Source of the DNA: Candidatus Magasanikbacteria bacterium GW2011_GWC2_37_14
GTDB taxonomy: Bacteria; Patescibacteriota; Patescibacteriia; Magasanikbacterales; UBA922
Length of the DNA: 64,000 nt
Assembly: GCA_000990355.1 (NCBI GenBank)
Contig: LBSX01000007.1
Coordinates: 441 to 64,440, forward strand
Direction of reading: 5' to 3'
Positions within the stretch are counted from its first letter, which is position 1, and each line of letters starts with the position of its first letter. Of this stretch, positions 26,903 to 40,300 are shown piece after piece. Position numbers and translations under genes: made by a program. A model generated the notes under the pieces. It saw only the letters and a list, made by a program, of their open reading frames with translations. It ran no database searches and was not told where the DNA came from.

Positions 26903-26950
26903 TAGTGTATAATTTTTAACTCCCCTAGTCAAAAAACGATTGTGTATAAC

Positions 26951-28213
26951 TTAAGGGATCAAAGATTTAAACCAACCCTTCACTTGAGCCGAAACTTTTT
27001 CTACACTTTTTAATCCCGCGTTTCCTCCCCTACCCATACCAGCTTGCATGCTTGCGCCCCAACGCACAAGTCCTATTGCTGTAGTAAAAGATAAATCATT
27101 TATTTTTTCACTAGCACTCAAAATATCTAACGGATAACCCAAAGTCGCTGGTAAGCGTAATTTATCTTTTGCCAAATCTACCAAGCCAAAAATTTTTGCT
27201 CCACCACCAGTAAATACTACACCGGCTGGTAACAATGAGCTACGACCAATTTTATTTAATTCAGTTTCTATTTTTTCCAAAATTTCTTCCATGCGAGCAT
27301 TAATAATTTCTGCAATATATTTTCTACTTACTTCTTCATTTAGTTCTGCCCCAAACATTTTCAAATCAATCATTTCTTTTTTATTTAAATGTCCAGGATA
27401 ACATTCTCCACATTCAATTTTTACTCTTTCTGCAACTTCAATCGAAGTACGTAATCCTATTGCCAAGTCATTGGTAACATGTTCGCCACCAATCGGTAAA
27501 ACTGCAGTATGAATAATATCGCCCTCTTCATAAACAATTAAACTCGTGGTCGCCCCACCAATATTTACCACTATTGCTCCCAAATCCCTTTGTCTTGGTG
27601 TGGTAACCAAATCTCCCACCGACAAAACAGAAAAAACCAAATCATCTATATCAATTCCTGTACGATAAACAGCTTTGGTAATATTTTTTATATGTGAAGT
27701 TTGGCCTTCAATTATTTGTGTGTCAACTTCCAACCGCACCCCAGTCATACCCACAGGATCTTTGATTCCAGTTTGTCCATCTACCACAAAAGCTCTAGGA
27801 ATTACATGTAAAATTTCATAATTTAGTGGTGTAGCTACTGCTCGCGAAGCTTCAATTGCTCTTTCCAAATCTTCGGCCGTAATTTCTCCGTCAGCCTTGG
27901 CCACAGCCACTACACCTTTACTATTTTGCGATATTATTTGCAACCCCGAAATACCAACCCAAGCATGTTCAATCGGTACGCCAATTAATTGTTCCATTTT
28001 TTCTAAACTATGAGAAACAGCCGATACTGTTTCCTCTATACTAGTAATTACACCCTTATGAATTCCCTCCGAAGGTACTTCTATTAAACCAACTATTTGA
28101 AAACTAGTTTTTTCTCCTGGAACAAAAACCTGCTTGGCTACTGCCAAACGCACCGAAGTAGAACCTAAGTCAAGTCCGGTAATTAATTCCACGTGTGCTT
28201 TTCTCTTTATCAT
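26951..28213 (-). CDS. ftsA: cell division protein FtsA
   Basis: Actin-like ATPase fold motifs DLGSTSVRLAV and VVNIGGATTSL. Confidence 0.9.
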   Translation of the reverse strand: MIKRKAHVELITGLDLGSTSVRLAVAKQVFVPGEKTSFQIVGLIEVPSEGIHKGVITSIEETVSAVSHSLEKMEQLIGVPIEHAWVGISGLQIISQNSKGVVAVAKADGEITAEDLERAIEASRAVATPLNYEILHVIPRAFVVDGQTGIKDPVGMTGVRLEVDTQIIEGQTSHIKNITKAVYRTGIDIDDLVFSVLSVGDLVTTPRQRDLGAIVVNIGGATTSLIVYEEGDIIHTAVLPIGGEHVTNDLAIGLRTSIEVAERVKIECGECYPGHLNKKEMIDLKMFGAELNEEVSRKYIAEIINARMEEILEKIETELNKIGRSSLLPAGVVFTGGGAKIFGLVDLAKDKLRLPATLGYPLDILSASEKINDLSFTTAIGLVRWGASMQAGMGRGGNAGLKSVEKVSAQVKGWFKSLIP

Positions 28214-28240
28214 AATAAGAAAATTTTATCATCTTCCAGA

Positions 28241-28600
28241 CTATAAAGCAATAAGATAAGGATAAAAAATAAAAATACCAATTATTAAAGCTACCAAAGA
28301 GGACAAAAATACTGCTCCGGCCATAATTTCTTTTATTAATTTTACTTGACCAGAGAGTCGTGGCTCTACTACATCCAAAAGTCTTTCAACCACACTGTTT
28401 ATTACTTCCATTATTAATACTAAAAAAATTAAAAGCAATAAAACAATTTTTTCACTCTTGGTTAAAGTCCAAACAAACATTAAAAAAATAACCAAAATAG
28501 CCAAGTAAACTTGTAGTCGAAAGTTTTGTTCACTTTTAAATACAGTTCTCAATCCATGTAAAGATTCTTTAAAACTAGAACCTAATCTTTTGAAATTCAT
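28241..28600 (-). CDS. dgkA: diacylglycerol kinase family membrane protein
   Basis: 119 aa, 3 TM, with the conserved EVINSVVE motif. Confidence 0.75.
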   Translation of the reverse strand: MNFKRLGSSFKESLHGLRTVFKSEQNFRLQVYLAILVIFLMFVWTLTKSEKIVLLLLIFLVLIMEVINSVVERLLDVVEPRLSGQVKLIKEIMAGAVFLSSLVALIIGIFIFYPYLIAL

Positions 28601-29025
28601 AATAATTCCTTTAACAATTTTTCTTGTGTAACAAACATTTTTTTAGCTTCTTCTTTTTTTAGATGATCATGTCCCAAAAGATGCAGAATACCATGAACCA
28701 TCATTCTAAACATTTCCTCCTCTACGTTAATTTTAAGTTCTCGTGCCTGTTTAATTATTTGCTTCTGGCAAATAAAAATATCTCCAAAATCTCTTTCTGC
28801 TTTTTTAAAAAAAACATTATCTTCTGTAGCAAACGATAAAACATCAGTTACCAGGTCATACCCCCTATACACTTTATTCAAATACTTTATTCTTTTCTCC
28901 CCCACCAAATGTACACTAAGCAAGCCATTTTTTTTAAGTTTCCCAAAAATCAAATTTACTAATTTTTTAATTTTTTCTTTTTTAAAAATTTCTTCTTTTA
29001 CCTGTGAAAAAACCAAACATTCCAT
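28597..29025 (-). CDS. ybeY: rRNA maturation endoribonuclease YbeY
   Basis: HGILHLLGHDH metal-binding motif. Confidence 0.85.
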   Translation of the reverse strand: MECLVFSQVKEEIFKKEKIKKLVNLIFGKLKKNGLLSVHLVGEKRIKYLNKVYRGYDLVTDVLSFATEDNVFFKKAERDFGDIFICQKQIIKQARELKINVEEEMFRMMVHGILHLLGHDHLKKEEAKKMFVTQEKLLKELL

Positions 29026-29031
29026 ATATTT

Positions 29032-30129
29032 TTAAGGTGTCACTGTCGTATTAACTGTTGGTTCACCCAAAACAGCTTGTTCCGGAATTTCTACCAAAGT
29101 TTTATTGGGACGAAAACTTTGTAACATTAATTGCATAAAATGTCGATAACTTATAAAACCACTACTGTCTGTATGGTAAGTAATCACATACACTTTATCA
29201 AAATTAACAAAATAACCCACCAAATCATCTCCTCTTTTTTTACCATTTTCTTTAAAACGGTTAACAAAATCACTAAGATCAATAAACCTCTGACCCGTGG
29301 CTGTTTTAGCAAACCAATCAGCAAAAGTATCATTTTTTTCTTTGTCCACTACGTCTATTTCTATGTAATCACCATCACTAGCGCTAAACAACACTTGCCG
29401 GCCTTCTTCATCCACTGTGCCAATTTGCCAGGTAGCAGGATAATAAACACGATATTGCCACTTGGGATCAATATATTCCTGTACTACGCCAGAATCCACT
29501 ATTTTCATTGGTGCCAAACCTATTGGATTATAAAGATTATAAACTTCTTGGCCATCATAATAACCATCTTTATCTGTGTCCCATACACCACTATCTGTCC
29601 CCAAAGTTTCTTCTTCAAGGTCTGTTAAAGAATCATTATCCATGTCGGCACTATTGGTCAAAAATACTGGCAAAAACTCCAAAGTTTTAACTTTACCCAC
29701 CAAAGTAGAAGTAGTGTTTTCAACCAAAGTCGTGGTGGTTATTTCTTCTATCACAGAAACCTGTTCCGTGGTAGTTGGCTTGTTTGTATTGTCTGTAGTA
29801 ATTTTTGGTAGTTCTGGCTCAACAACTACTGGCTTAGCAAAAAAACCAGCCTGATTTAAATAATACCAAGTAATTACACCTGTCACCAACAAAAACACCA
29901 CACCAATTACACTATACAAAACAATTTTATTTTTAAATAAACCCGCCAATCGATTATTTATACCAACTTCTGGCAATAATTTTTCTGGTTTATTTTTTAT
30001 TTTATCTTTGTTTTGATAATGGATAACTGGATCTTTACCACCATAAAATTCTTCGGGTATCACCAACATCGGCACATTAATGGCCGTTTTAATTATTTCT
30101 TTGTTTTTCTTTCTGAAAAACATAAACAC
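29032..30129 (-). CDS. membrane-anchored protein with thrombospondin-type-3-like Ca-binding repeats (paralog 1)
   Basis: N-terminal TM segment and DMDNDSLTDLEE...WDTDKDGYYDGQEVYNLYNPIG. It shares the D-x-D-x-DG...Y-N-P-x-G module with the next two genes. Confidence 0.6.
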   Translation of the reverse strand: MFMFFRKKNKEIIKTAINVPMLVIPEEFYGGKDPVIHYQNKDKIKNKPEKLLPEVGINNRLAGLFKNKIVLYSVIGVVFLLVTGVITWYYLNQAGFFAKPVVVEPELPKITTDNTNKPTTTEQVSVIEEITTTTLVENTTSTLVGKVKTLEFLPVFLTNSADMDNDSLTDLEEETLGTDSGVWDTDKDGYYDGQEVYNLYNPIGLAPMKIVDSGVVQEYIDPKWQYRVYYPATWQIGTVDEEGRQVLFSASDGDYIEIDVVDKEKNDTFADWFAKTATGQRFIDLSDFVNRFKENGKKRGDDLVGYFVNFDKVYVITYHTDSSGFISYRHFMQLMLQSFRPNKTLVEIPEQAVLGEPTVNTTVTP

Positions 30130-30131
30130 AA

Positions 30132-30947
30132 TTATTTAGTTTCTGGTAATTCAAAAATTTTTCCAAGGCCCGTTGGACTATAACCATTTTTTACTTCTGC
30201 TCCATCCAAATAATTATCACCATCACTGTCTGGATTAAGTGGATTGGTTTTCCAAATAATTACCTCATCACCATCACTTAATTCATCTTTATCTGTATCC
30301 CAATTATTGGGATCTGTACCAATTTCTACTTCTCTGGTATCATCCAGGCCGTCTCCATCTTTGTCAATTGGTTCACCAAAAAGCACTTGATCATCGGTTA
30401 TTTGTGAACCAATATCAGTAACAGTGTTATTTTCATTCCCAGTATTAACCACAGTATTATTATTTGCTTCTATTTGATTATTATCTATGTTATTAGTTGT
30501 ATCGGCAGTATTATTTTCCACCACAGCTGGTTGGTTAGAATTAATATATTTATTATAAGCCCACCAACCTCCCATTCCCAAACCACCCACAACCAAAACA
30601 ATCACCAACAAAGTAATAATTACTCTAGTGACTACTGGTTCTTTCAAATCATAGTTTTCTGTTGATTTAATAATTGGTGGAGTAGTTTCTTCTGGCATTG
30701 CCGAAAAAGACGGTCTACTAACCGGTATTTCTACATTATTAACTTCTGGCTGAACTTTTGGAGTAAGCACCCCCGCAGCCAAAGCACTGTTCCCTGCTCC
30801 TGGTTCCAGAGTAACTTCGTTTTCTTCGGTAGCAACCCCAGAAAACATATCTTCGGGCTCGCCTTGACCAAATGGAACAGGCTCGCCTACTGGCAAATTG
30901 CCAGGAATTCCCGAGGGATTTTTGGTATTGATTGGTTCATCAAACAT
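30132..30947 (-). CDS. membrane-anchored protein with TSP3-like repeats (paralog 2)
   Basis: DKDGDGLDDTREVEIGTDPNNWDTDKDELSDGDE...DSDGDNYLDGAEVKNGYSPTG. Confidence 0.6.
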   Translation of the reverse strand: MFDEPINTKNPSGIPGNLPVGEPVPFGQGEPEDMFSGVATEENEVTLEPGAGNSALAAGVLTPKVQPEVNNVEIPVSRPSFSAMPEETTPPIIKSTENYDLKEPVVTRVIITLLVIVLVVGGLGMGGWWAYNKYINSNQPAVVENNTADTTNNIDNNQIEANNNTVVNTGNENNTVTDIGSQITDDQVLFGEPIDKDGDGLDDTREVEIGTDPNNWDTDKDELSDGDEVIIWKTNPLNPDSDGDNYLDGAEVKNGYSPTGLGKIFELPETK

Positions 30948-30988
30948 ATAATTGTCCTGTCATTCCCGCGCAGGCGGGAATCTAAAAA

Positions 30989-31393
30989 TTATTTAACTAA
31001 TTTACCTGCACCTAATGGATTATAATTATTAATAATTTCATAGCCATCCCAATAGCCATCGTCATCAGTGTCTACCTTTGTTGGATCAGTTTTATAAACT
31101 TCTATTTCTTCTTTATCAGTTAAACTATCACCATCAGTATCAGAATCACGATTACTAGTGCCAATTTCTTTTTCTTTGGTATCCAAAATTCCGTCACCAT
31201 CCAAATCATTGGGATCTAATTTTAATTTTTCAAAAACTACTGTTTCCACTGGCTTAATTTTATTATCTAATACTACATTATTTTTATTCCTTAAAAGTAG
31301 CCAAAAACCAGCCAAGATTCCTGCTCCCAGTATTAAAACCAATAAACTAATTAAAATAATTCTTTTCATATTATTTTTTAAGTAGTAGGACAA
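30989..31393 (-). CDS. membrane-anchored protein with TSP3-like repeats (paralog 3)
   Basis: LDGDGILDTKEKEIGTSNRDSDTDGDSLTDKEE...DTDDDGYWDGYEIINNYNPLG. Its first codons overlap the end of the giant gene. Confidence 0.6.
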   Translation of the reverse strand: MSYYLKNNMKRIILISLLVLILGAGILAGFWLLLRNKNNVVLDNKIKPVETVVFEKLKLDPNDLDGDGILDTKEKEIGTSNRDSDTDGDSLTDKEEIEVYKTDPTKVDTDDDGYWDGYEIINNYNPLGAGKLVK

Positions 31394-34300
31394 CTCTCCA
31401 AAACATCCGCACTTACTTTCACATCACATTCATCAGTTCTAATCACCCCATCTGCATGGTCAACATCTACTGGAGCAATAATCGGCGCTGTATTATTTCC
31501 CCTAATCTTAAACACATACCAATACTTAGCCCGTGCATTACTACTAGTGCCCGAGGCATTACGAATACTAAAAGTACGGGTTGGTTTGTAAATTGAATAA
31601 GCTGGTATTTGATTTGCATGAGCCGTATATACTTCTACTTGCAAATTACTTCTCTTGGCGGGCCCACCAATAAAATTAGTCAAAGCACTCACCGTAAACA
31701 CATAATCTTTGCCAGCTCCTGCATCTACAGTAAAAGATTGTACATAAATTTTTGGAGTATGCACTTTGGCATGTACACAAACCAAACTTGTACAGCCATC
31801 CGGAACCCAATATTCATCTGCATTTTTAATTATTGTGCCAAAAGTTGTTGTTGGCAAACGATTGTGTGTCCATTCAGTCGGACTATTAGTTTTTATTACA
31901 TCACCCACAAAACCACCTAATTTATTTTCTTCTTCGCTCGTCCATTTTACTACTATTCTTACCGTGCTTGTTGGCACAGCTGGAGACATTATAACATCAT
32001 TCTCAATCCTAAGCGATTCATCATTAACTGGATAATCAAAAATATCACCATAACCATTTTTCCAAAAATCATTTGCAGTACCACCTCCCGAAACTTTGGT
32101 TTGCAAACCATTTTCATTAAAAAATACTTTATATTCATCTTTACACTGCAAATTTGTTTCTATACCCTTTGGTAAAACGTCTTCAACTGTAATTAATGAA
32201 CTTGATTTATAAAAATAAGCATAATTAGTAGGTACACCATTTTCATTAATATTTAATTTAATTTGTTTAAAATAATATAAATAACCTAAAACATTGGGAT
32301 AATTTCTATACAAACTAACCAATTCAACTCCATAAATACTGTCCCAATTAAACCCTTGCTCAATCATTGGATTTAAAATAGCAATCATTGGATTGGCACC
32401 ACCGTCTACTCTGTCCATTTCAGCACAATTTATACAATTATTTTGTAAATCCAGACAATTGTTTTCACAACTAAAATTTCCTTTATCATTAACATTACAA
32501 GACTTATTTGCTTCACCTACTACTTTGGTGGTAGGGTTATAAGTGCTACTTACTACCGTACCATCACTTTTTACATCACATTTTTCAAAAACTGGAGTGG
32601 TACTACTCACAATTACATCAATCTTACCATTACCACAATAATCAGTTGTTTCTTTAGTAAAGACTTTTTTACAATCACCCGAACACCAGGTGCAAATTTT
32701 GCCTTTGCCATATTCTGGTGTACATTCCAAACCATTTTGTGCTCCCATATCGCAAGCCTCTTTTAAATTTTCATCCACAATTCCGTTGCCACAATAATTT
32801 TCCTGGCCACTTTCTAGTGCGCAACTAATAGAACAGCCATCGCCATTTCTTGGTAAGCATTTTCCTTTACCAATTCCCGCGCAAGTATTATCAGTAGTAC
32901 AAGGTTTTTTGTTTTCACATTGCATACCGTCGTCACAAGTTTCACTACCATTCACTAATCCATCACCACAAAAAACAGTTGCTTTTAATTTACAATTATT
33001 TTGGCATTTGTCTGTATCTACATCATTGCCATCATCACACTCTTCCTGGCCAGCGTCTAGTACTCCATCACCACAATAAGAACCATATTTCTGACAATCC
33101 CACGAACAAGAATATTCTTTATTTTTGGCATAACTGGCAATAATCGGCACACAACGTCCTTTATATTCAGAGGTAGTTTTTACATCATTCAAAAAGTCAT
33201 TTACATTGCTGTAACCTGACAAACCCTCATCAATATTTATACTTTGGGTATTAATGTTACAATCATCATTTGTACGACAAACAAAATTAGTATTTAGGGC
33301 ACAATAACCTATTTTATCTGTACAAATATCATTTCTTTCCTTGGCCCAACCTGTTTTGTTGGCATCATTCAAATCCTGCAATGCCTGCATTAATATTACC
33401 GAAACTTCATCACAAGCATCACCAATACCATCACCATCAATATCATTTTGTAATGGGTTATAATTATTTGGACAATTGTCCTCTGTGCCACATTTTTCAT
33501 CTTTATCCACATCATTTTCTGCACAATTAGGATAATAATCACAAGCATTACCGAGTCCGTCACCATCCGAATCTGGCCCATTTGATTTTTTTAGTTGCAT
33601 TTCAGAAGGTAAACAAAAAGGCTGTCCCGCTGGACAAGAAGAACTCATAACACTGTTAGCATTTTTGGGACAATTATCCAAATCATTTATTATTTCGTCA
33701 CCATCACAATCTAAGCCTGGAAAACTCGAAAGATTACACTGTATTTTTAGTGGATCTTCTAAACCTAAATCAAAATTAATGATATGCGATTGTAAAGTAT
33801 TTATGTCTACCAACTTATCCAAATTATATTGATTAGCATAATTAAGCCAATTTCCTAAACCACTAATTAAACCACCATTTACATTAACAGAAGTCTCACT
33901 ACAATTACCTTGAAACACCCAATTCCCAGTTCTAATTGAAGCTTTGTTTTGTGCCAAAGGAGTAGTGGAAGTAAAGTCACACAACTCCAGCGGTTTATTA
34001 TTTGCATCTTTATCTATCAGACTATCTATACTACTATAAACAATATTATGAAAATTTCCACAATAAGCTTGATGTGGCCCCATACAAGCCACCACCCCAA
34101 CGCTATTTTCTCCCGCACAATGCCCATAAGTACCATTTAATTGTCCTTCATCACAAAACTCCGCACTTTCTTTTTCTCCATTACCACAAGTAAAATCCGC
34201 CTGGCAAGCACCATAACTCCAAGTACAAGTATTGGTACAAGTACGAGCCGCTTTGGTAGCACCGGCGCAAGCAGTCAAAACACCACCAATTTTTGTTTGG

Positions 34301-37300
34301 GCTGTTAATTCATTCTTTCCTGGTGGTTCACATTCTTCTCCTGGGGCGACAATACCATCACCGCATTTTTCGCCAAAAGCTCTAAAAGGAGTTTCACTAT
34401 TGCACCAAGGTGTGGTAGTAAAAGTACTAGTATTAATTTTTTCTTCCACAATATTACTACTTAGAGCAAAAAACTCTAATGGGGAATGTAATAAATAACT
34501 CTTGGTAGAAGAAACATAATTATATTCATAAATATTGGAAAATACCGGGCAATACACTGTGGAACTAGGGGCATACCAGCAAGTTTGTTTTTCTGCTCCC
34601 AACCCTGCATCTGTACAACTAGTCCAGGCATTTACTGGATCTTGTGGTAAAGTGCCAACCTTGGCTCCCAATGTATTATTCCAAGAAGGCCAGAGCGACA
34701 AGGTAGCTCCAGGAATAAAAGTCCCGCCTGGCAAATTTCCTTCAAAAGTAACTTTATTCAAATTACTAGTAAAATAACTAGCTAATTTATTTTGCATTCC
34801 CGCAATATCATTCAAACGACGCAAATCACGGAAAAATTTGGTTTTGGCATTGGAACAAATTCCCGAAGTATTTGTTTTAATATTGCCATTTGTTTCTCGA
34901 CATTCAAAGTCTGTATTACAAGAAAATTGATCATTAATATTATCTTGATTATCAAATAGTGTACCATCATTTAAACAATATTTATGATCGCTAATATTAA
35001 TATTAAATTCCAAAGAACCTAAAATTTGTTCCAAAACTTTTTTGGTATTGGCTTGTGCACCTTTGTTTAAACTTATTTGATAAATATTATTCCACAAAGC
35101 ATAATCATGGCCCGTGGTAGTTACCAAATTAAGTGCATTTATATAATAATTGTCACCATCTTGTACTGCATCAAAGCCGGCCAATTCTACTCTCTTGGCA
35201 TTTTGAGTATTGGGAAATCTTTGGGGACTGGTATACCAATCATAGGCCGATAAACGATCAGGATTTTGAAATATTTGTATACCAATTACATCATCGTTAA
35301 TGTTACTAAATAACAAATATCGGCGTAAGGTATCATCTGTAAGTGTAGGATTCATTATCTCTTCTACTTGTTCACCACCGCCAGTACATTGGTCAGCAAC
35401 ACTACTCGTTCCAACTCCACTACAAGTATCTGCTACCAAACTAGCAGGAGCAGCACCCACACAAGTATTAACAACTCCAGAAATTTTCCAAATAGGATCA
35501 AAAGGTACACAGTTCTCACCAGCATTACAACCAGTAGCGTCAGTACAAAAACGATAAGTTGAAGCATAATCTGGTGGATATTGGCCAGTTATTGTACAAT
35601 ATTTACTTTCAGTAACAAGATGTCTAAATTTGCAACTCTTATCCTTATAATATTGAAAATTATAAGCACCACCATATTTACTACAAGATACATACAAAGA
35701 ACTCTCACCAGGCAATACATACCAATCTGTTGTCGGGCAGTCAGTATCAACATTACAAACAGTTGACTGATTATTTGACTTTAATGAACAAGCACCTGGC
35801 TGTGCTACTGAATAATCAGGACAATCGGCACTAGTAGTACAACTTGTACTTGGACTGTGGACACATTTTCCAGGGGTGGCAGTGACTATTGGTGGACAAC
35901 TAGCATCAGTTGTACAACTTGTACTTGGGTTCTGGGCACACTGTCCGGGTACCACAACAATATTAGTCCCAGTATCTTTTTCAATTACTGGCAACAAATT
36001 CATGAATGGTAAGTCATCGGTGGTGGTGCCCGAACGACCTGCATCGGCACAATAACTTAAACTAAAATTATATTTATTATCCTTTAATGGCAGCCAACTA
36101 TCCTCGGTTTCTGGTTCTGGCCAAGGACGTTCACAAAATTTAGCAGTAAGCTCGGTACGTCCAGTAAATATTTTTCCAACCTGATTATTGGTAAGACTTA
36201 AATCATGGGTAACTTTGGCTTGAGCTACAGCTATCAACGACCCTTCTACTTGTCGTGAAGCAATATCTACACTGTCACTCGTGGCATCAAGTGGATTATC
36301 CGAATCTGGAATTGCAAAAACACGATTGTTTGCTGGGGCCCAATGCCAAGTCCAACCATAAGCTGGTGGTAAAGAAACAATTATTTGTCCATTTTCACTT
36401 TCGGCAAAAGAATCAAAAAATTCCGAAGTATTGGCTTTTTTATACCAAGCCTTTTCTGGACTAACTGTTACCTTGTTAATTTTACAAACATCTTTGCCTG
36501 TTTTAAATAACCAAACATCATCTAACTGGTCATTATTTTCTCCATCTTTGGCTCGGATACCTACTCCCCGCACGTCTTTAATGCCACTGTTTCCACCTTT
36601 TAAGATTACGGCATATTCGGTATCTTTTTCTAATAAATTATTTATATAAATTGCAATTGTGGTAGTATTTACAAAAGTTTCATTTCCTACAGTAATTTCT
36701 TCATAACGAACTTTTGACTGCACACCCACACTACCCTCACACCACACTACACTTGCAGGAGTAATAGTAGTGGCTACCGCTTGATCGTTGGTAAATAAAC
36801 TAACAAAAAATAATTTTATTTTCTGCCAAATGTTATTTAAAAAACCAAGCAATTTAGTATCTTGTTCCAAAGCATCTATTCCCATTAATTCATTAGCCCA
36901 AGCTGTACGATCAATAGTATTATTATTAGCACAATTATAGGTGGAACTAGTAGTGCCTTTTAGTAACACAATGTTATCTAATACTGTTTGTTTGTCAATT
37001 TCATTATTAAAAGTTGCTTCTAGATAAGTATTAAGACAAACTCCTTCACTACCCTCCTCAAAACCAGCACCATCAATTGGGTAAACTGTATTTCTTACCG
37101 GACGATAATAACAACAAGAATTTTTACCTACACCAAAAGTATTTACTTCTTGGGCACCATCGGCATCACCCGGACAATTATTATACCAGCCAGCAAAATC
37201 TCCATATTCTGCTTGGGTCTCAAATTCTTTATAACCACACTGTAAATAATATTTACCAGTACCAGTTTTTTGTTCTGCTGTTTGTAAACCTACTTTATCA

Positions 37301-40300
37301 CCATTAGCGTTGGTAAAAGAAATAGCTTTGGCATTAATTGGTGTATATTGGTCGTCAGTTGCTGGGTCTACCTCACCTTCACCAACAGCTGTGGCTACTT
37401 GCACGGGGTTTTCTCCTAAATTTTCGCCCGACAAACTAACTTCACAAAATCCATATTCACCCGAACCAGTTTCTCCATCACCACAGAGCGAAGGTTGTGT
37501 ATAATTTGGCGAAGAACCGCGCAAAGTACAATCTGGCCGACACCACTGTTCATTTGTGTCACATTTTAAATCACTCACATCTAAATTTTCCTCATCATAA
37601 TCTTCATTACAAAGATTTTGCAACAAACAGCTGCTATTACAAACTTTGTTTGCTGGTTGAATAGTAGTAAAAAGGGTATCACCTTCATTGTGAACTTTTA
37701 TTTTCTTGGCAACATCATCAATAATTTCACACTCTTCACCAGATTCTACTATATCATTGCCACAAATACTTATGGCGTTATTACAAGCCTGGGGAACATC
37801 TGCAGCTGTTTGTTCATCAGCTGCTTGTTCATCACACCAAGCCTGCGAAAGGGCTGTGCCAATATGTAAACAATTACTAGAACAACCTTTTTTCGTTGCC
37901 GTATCTTTGGTATCACATTCTTCACCCAATGTTACCGAACCACTACCACACCAAGAAACAGTTACCTGTCCAGCTGGTTGTGTAGATGCGGAACCTTTCC
38001 AAGTGCAATTATTACTTTTACAATAATTTTTTTGATCCATATCTCCTGGGTCACATTCTTCACCTAGAGCAGTAGAAACAAATCCATCACCACAAAGTCC
38101 AAGATTAATTCCAACCGTGGTAGTAGTTAAATTATTTCCCGTGTGCAAACAATTATAACCACAACCTGCTTCGGTGTCCGGGTCATCAATATCACAATCT
38201 TCACCAGCGCCTACTTCACCATCTCCACAGTAAGTTGGCACTTCAATTAATTTTTTGTCACTGCCCAGTGGCTTACAGACTGGACTGCAAAAAGAATTTA
38301 AAGGATCGCCAGTAGAAAAATTAGAAATAGTCGCTACTTCGGTAACATCAGCGGTCCATTCCCAACCAAAACTCCAGGGATTAAGATCTTGTCCATAGGG
38401 ACTACAACTATCGGGCTTGGTTTTTGGTAAAGACAAATATTTAGTTTTTTCTCCGATTAAAAACGAAGTAAAATTATTTGGCACTACTTCTACTTTTTCG
38501 GCTTTGCAAGGGGTGTCATCATTTTTGGTTCTAAATTTCCAGGCAAAAGCTTGTAAATCATTACCGACTTGGATTGAACCATTGGCTTTAAAAGCCCCAA
38601 TGGCTTTTATTTCACTTGTTAAACGCACTAAATACCAAGAATTTTTTACCAAATAAGGATCACTCACATTTATGCGCAAAGTATTGTAAGAAGACATGCT
38701 CTCATCAATTGAAATTAAATCATTCTGTTCATCCAATTTATCTTCGCTACAAAGTTCATCACCACACATATAAAATTCCAAACCATCAGCAAAAGTACTA
38801 GTTACCATCATTTGATTAAATTGCGCGCCAATACCAGCATTTATACAAGCTTCCTCACAATTTGGCCAATAAGAAATTACTTTCGGATCAGACAAATCCA
38901 CTACCAAAGTACTAGTGCCGGTAATAGTAGTTAAGTTATCATCAGTAACATTTTGTAAAGTATTGGTAGTGGCAGTAATTTTTACATTCCAAGGAGTGGT
39001 ATTGGACCACGCAATAATTTTTGCACGGCTATCTATATAACGCGGAGTTAATTTATTGTCACTAGGGTCACTCCCTCCCCGAGAAATTGTACTGCTTACC
39101 CAAGATTCATTATCCGTTTGCCAATTCCAGCCATATCCATCCACATTTAATACTGAACATTTTTGACTGCCCCGACCCCAAACATAATAAAAATAAGGTT
39201 GAGCTGGCGGATGCGGGTTAAAAGGATTAACCAAATCCTGTGGATGAGAAAAATCTTGCACCACACCCAAAAGATGAGTTACATAATTATCGGGAATAAT
39301 CCCAGCCGAAGCTAAAGTACAATTACCATCACCAGTCTTAAAATCAAAACAATAAGCAGTACCATCACTGCAGGGCTTGGTTTTTTTCAAAGGTTGATTA
39401 AATTCTACAAAATTACCCAATGTTTCTCTACGTTCGGCAGAAAAAATATTATCTTTTAATTCTACATGATACCAAGTATTAGAAACCAAATTTGTGGTAC
39501 CATCATGAATATACAAAACTGGATTATTATAAATCGGACCATTTACCTCTACTTCTTCTTTGTCGCTACAATCAATATCACCATTCTTTGCTTCAGCACA
39601 TTTGTATACTGTCACTTTGCCAACAAAATTATTTTTCATCGGCATGTTAAAACGCACCGCAATACTGGCATTCAAACAAGCATTAGTACCACCTTCCCAA
39701 TTTTGCCAAGGCACTGGTGTGGGAAAAGGCACAGTAACAGTTCCCTTACTCCAATTAACTTGGTCACAAACTTCCATTACTTCTGGCAAATGAGGAATTA
39801 AACCAGTAGTAAAACGCCACACATAACCAGCACTATCGGGCTGACCTTTACAACTTAGAGTACTTAATTTCCATTTACCAGCTTCTGCCCCCTCGCTACA
39901 ACACTGAAACCCAGGCATAGCTGTGTTACTATCTCGACAGTCATTAACCAAATAATTTACACTATTTCCAATTCTGTTATTTTTATCTTGTACTTTAATA
40001 GCACCGGTTTCCATGGTTAAGCCATTTTCATAAGGAATAATTGTTTGAATTTTTTCACCATCAATTGATTTGGAATAAGCAAAACCAACAGCATTTATTG
40101 CCTCACTATTTTCCAACCAACCACCACTGGTATTAGGCGACCAAAATTTAACCGTTGGTGTATCGGAAAAATTAATCCCATATAAATTTAAAAATTTTCC
40201 CGCTGGCAAAGGTGCCGGACCAGAAGCTGGAGCAATCGCACAAATTCCGGGCTGTGGCTCTCCTACCATCAAACCAAAAGTATTTTCTCCACTACTAGCC

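Noticed and set aside
26904-26932. sigma70-like promoter TTGACT-17-TACACT on the minus strand upstream of ftsZ
   Set aside because: It lies upstream of the ftsA terminator hairpin (26880-26902), so its transcript would meet a terminator before ftsZ. It may be real with read-through, but it is not safely callable.
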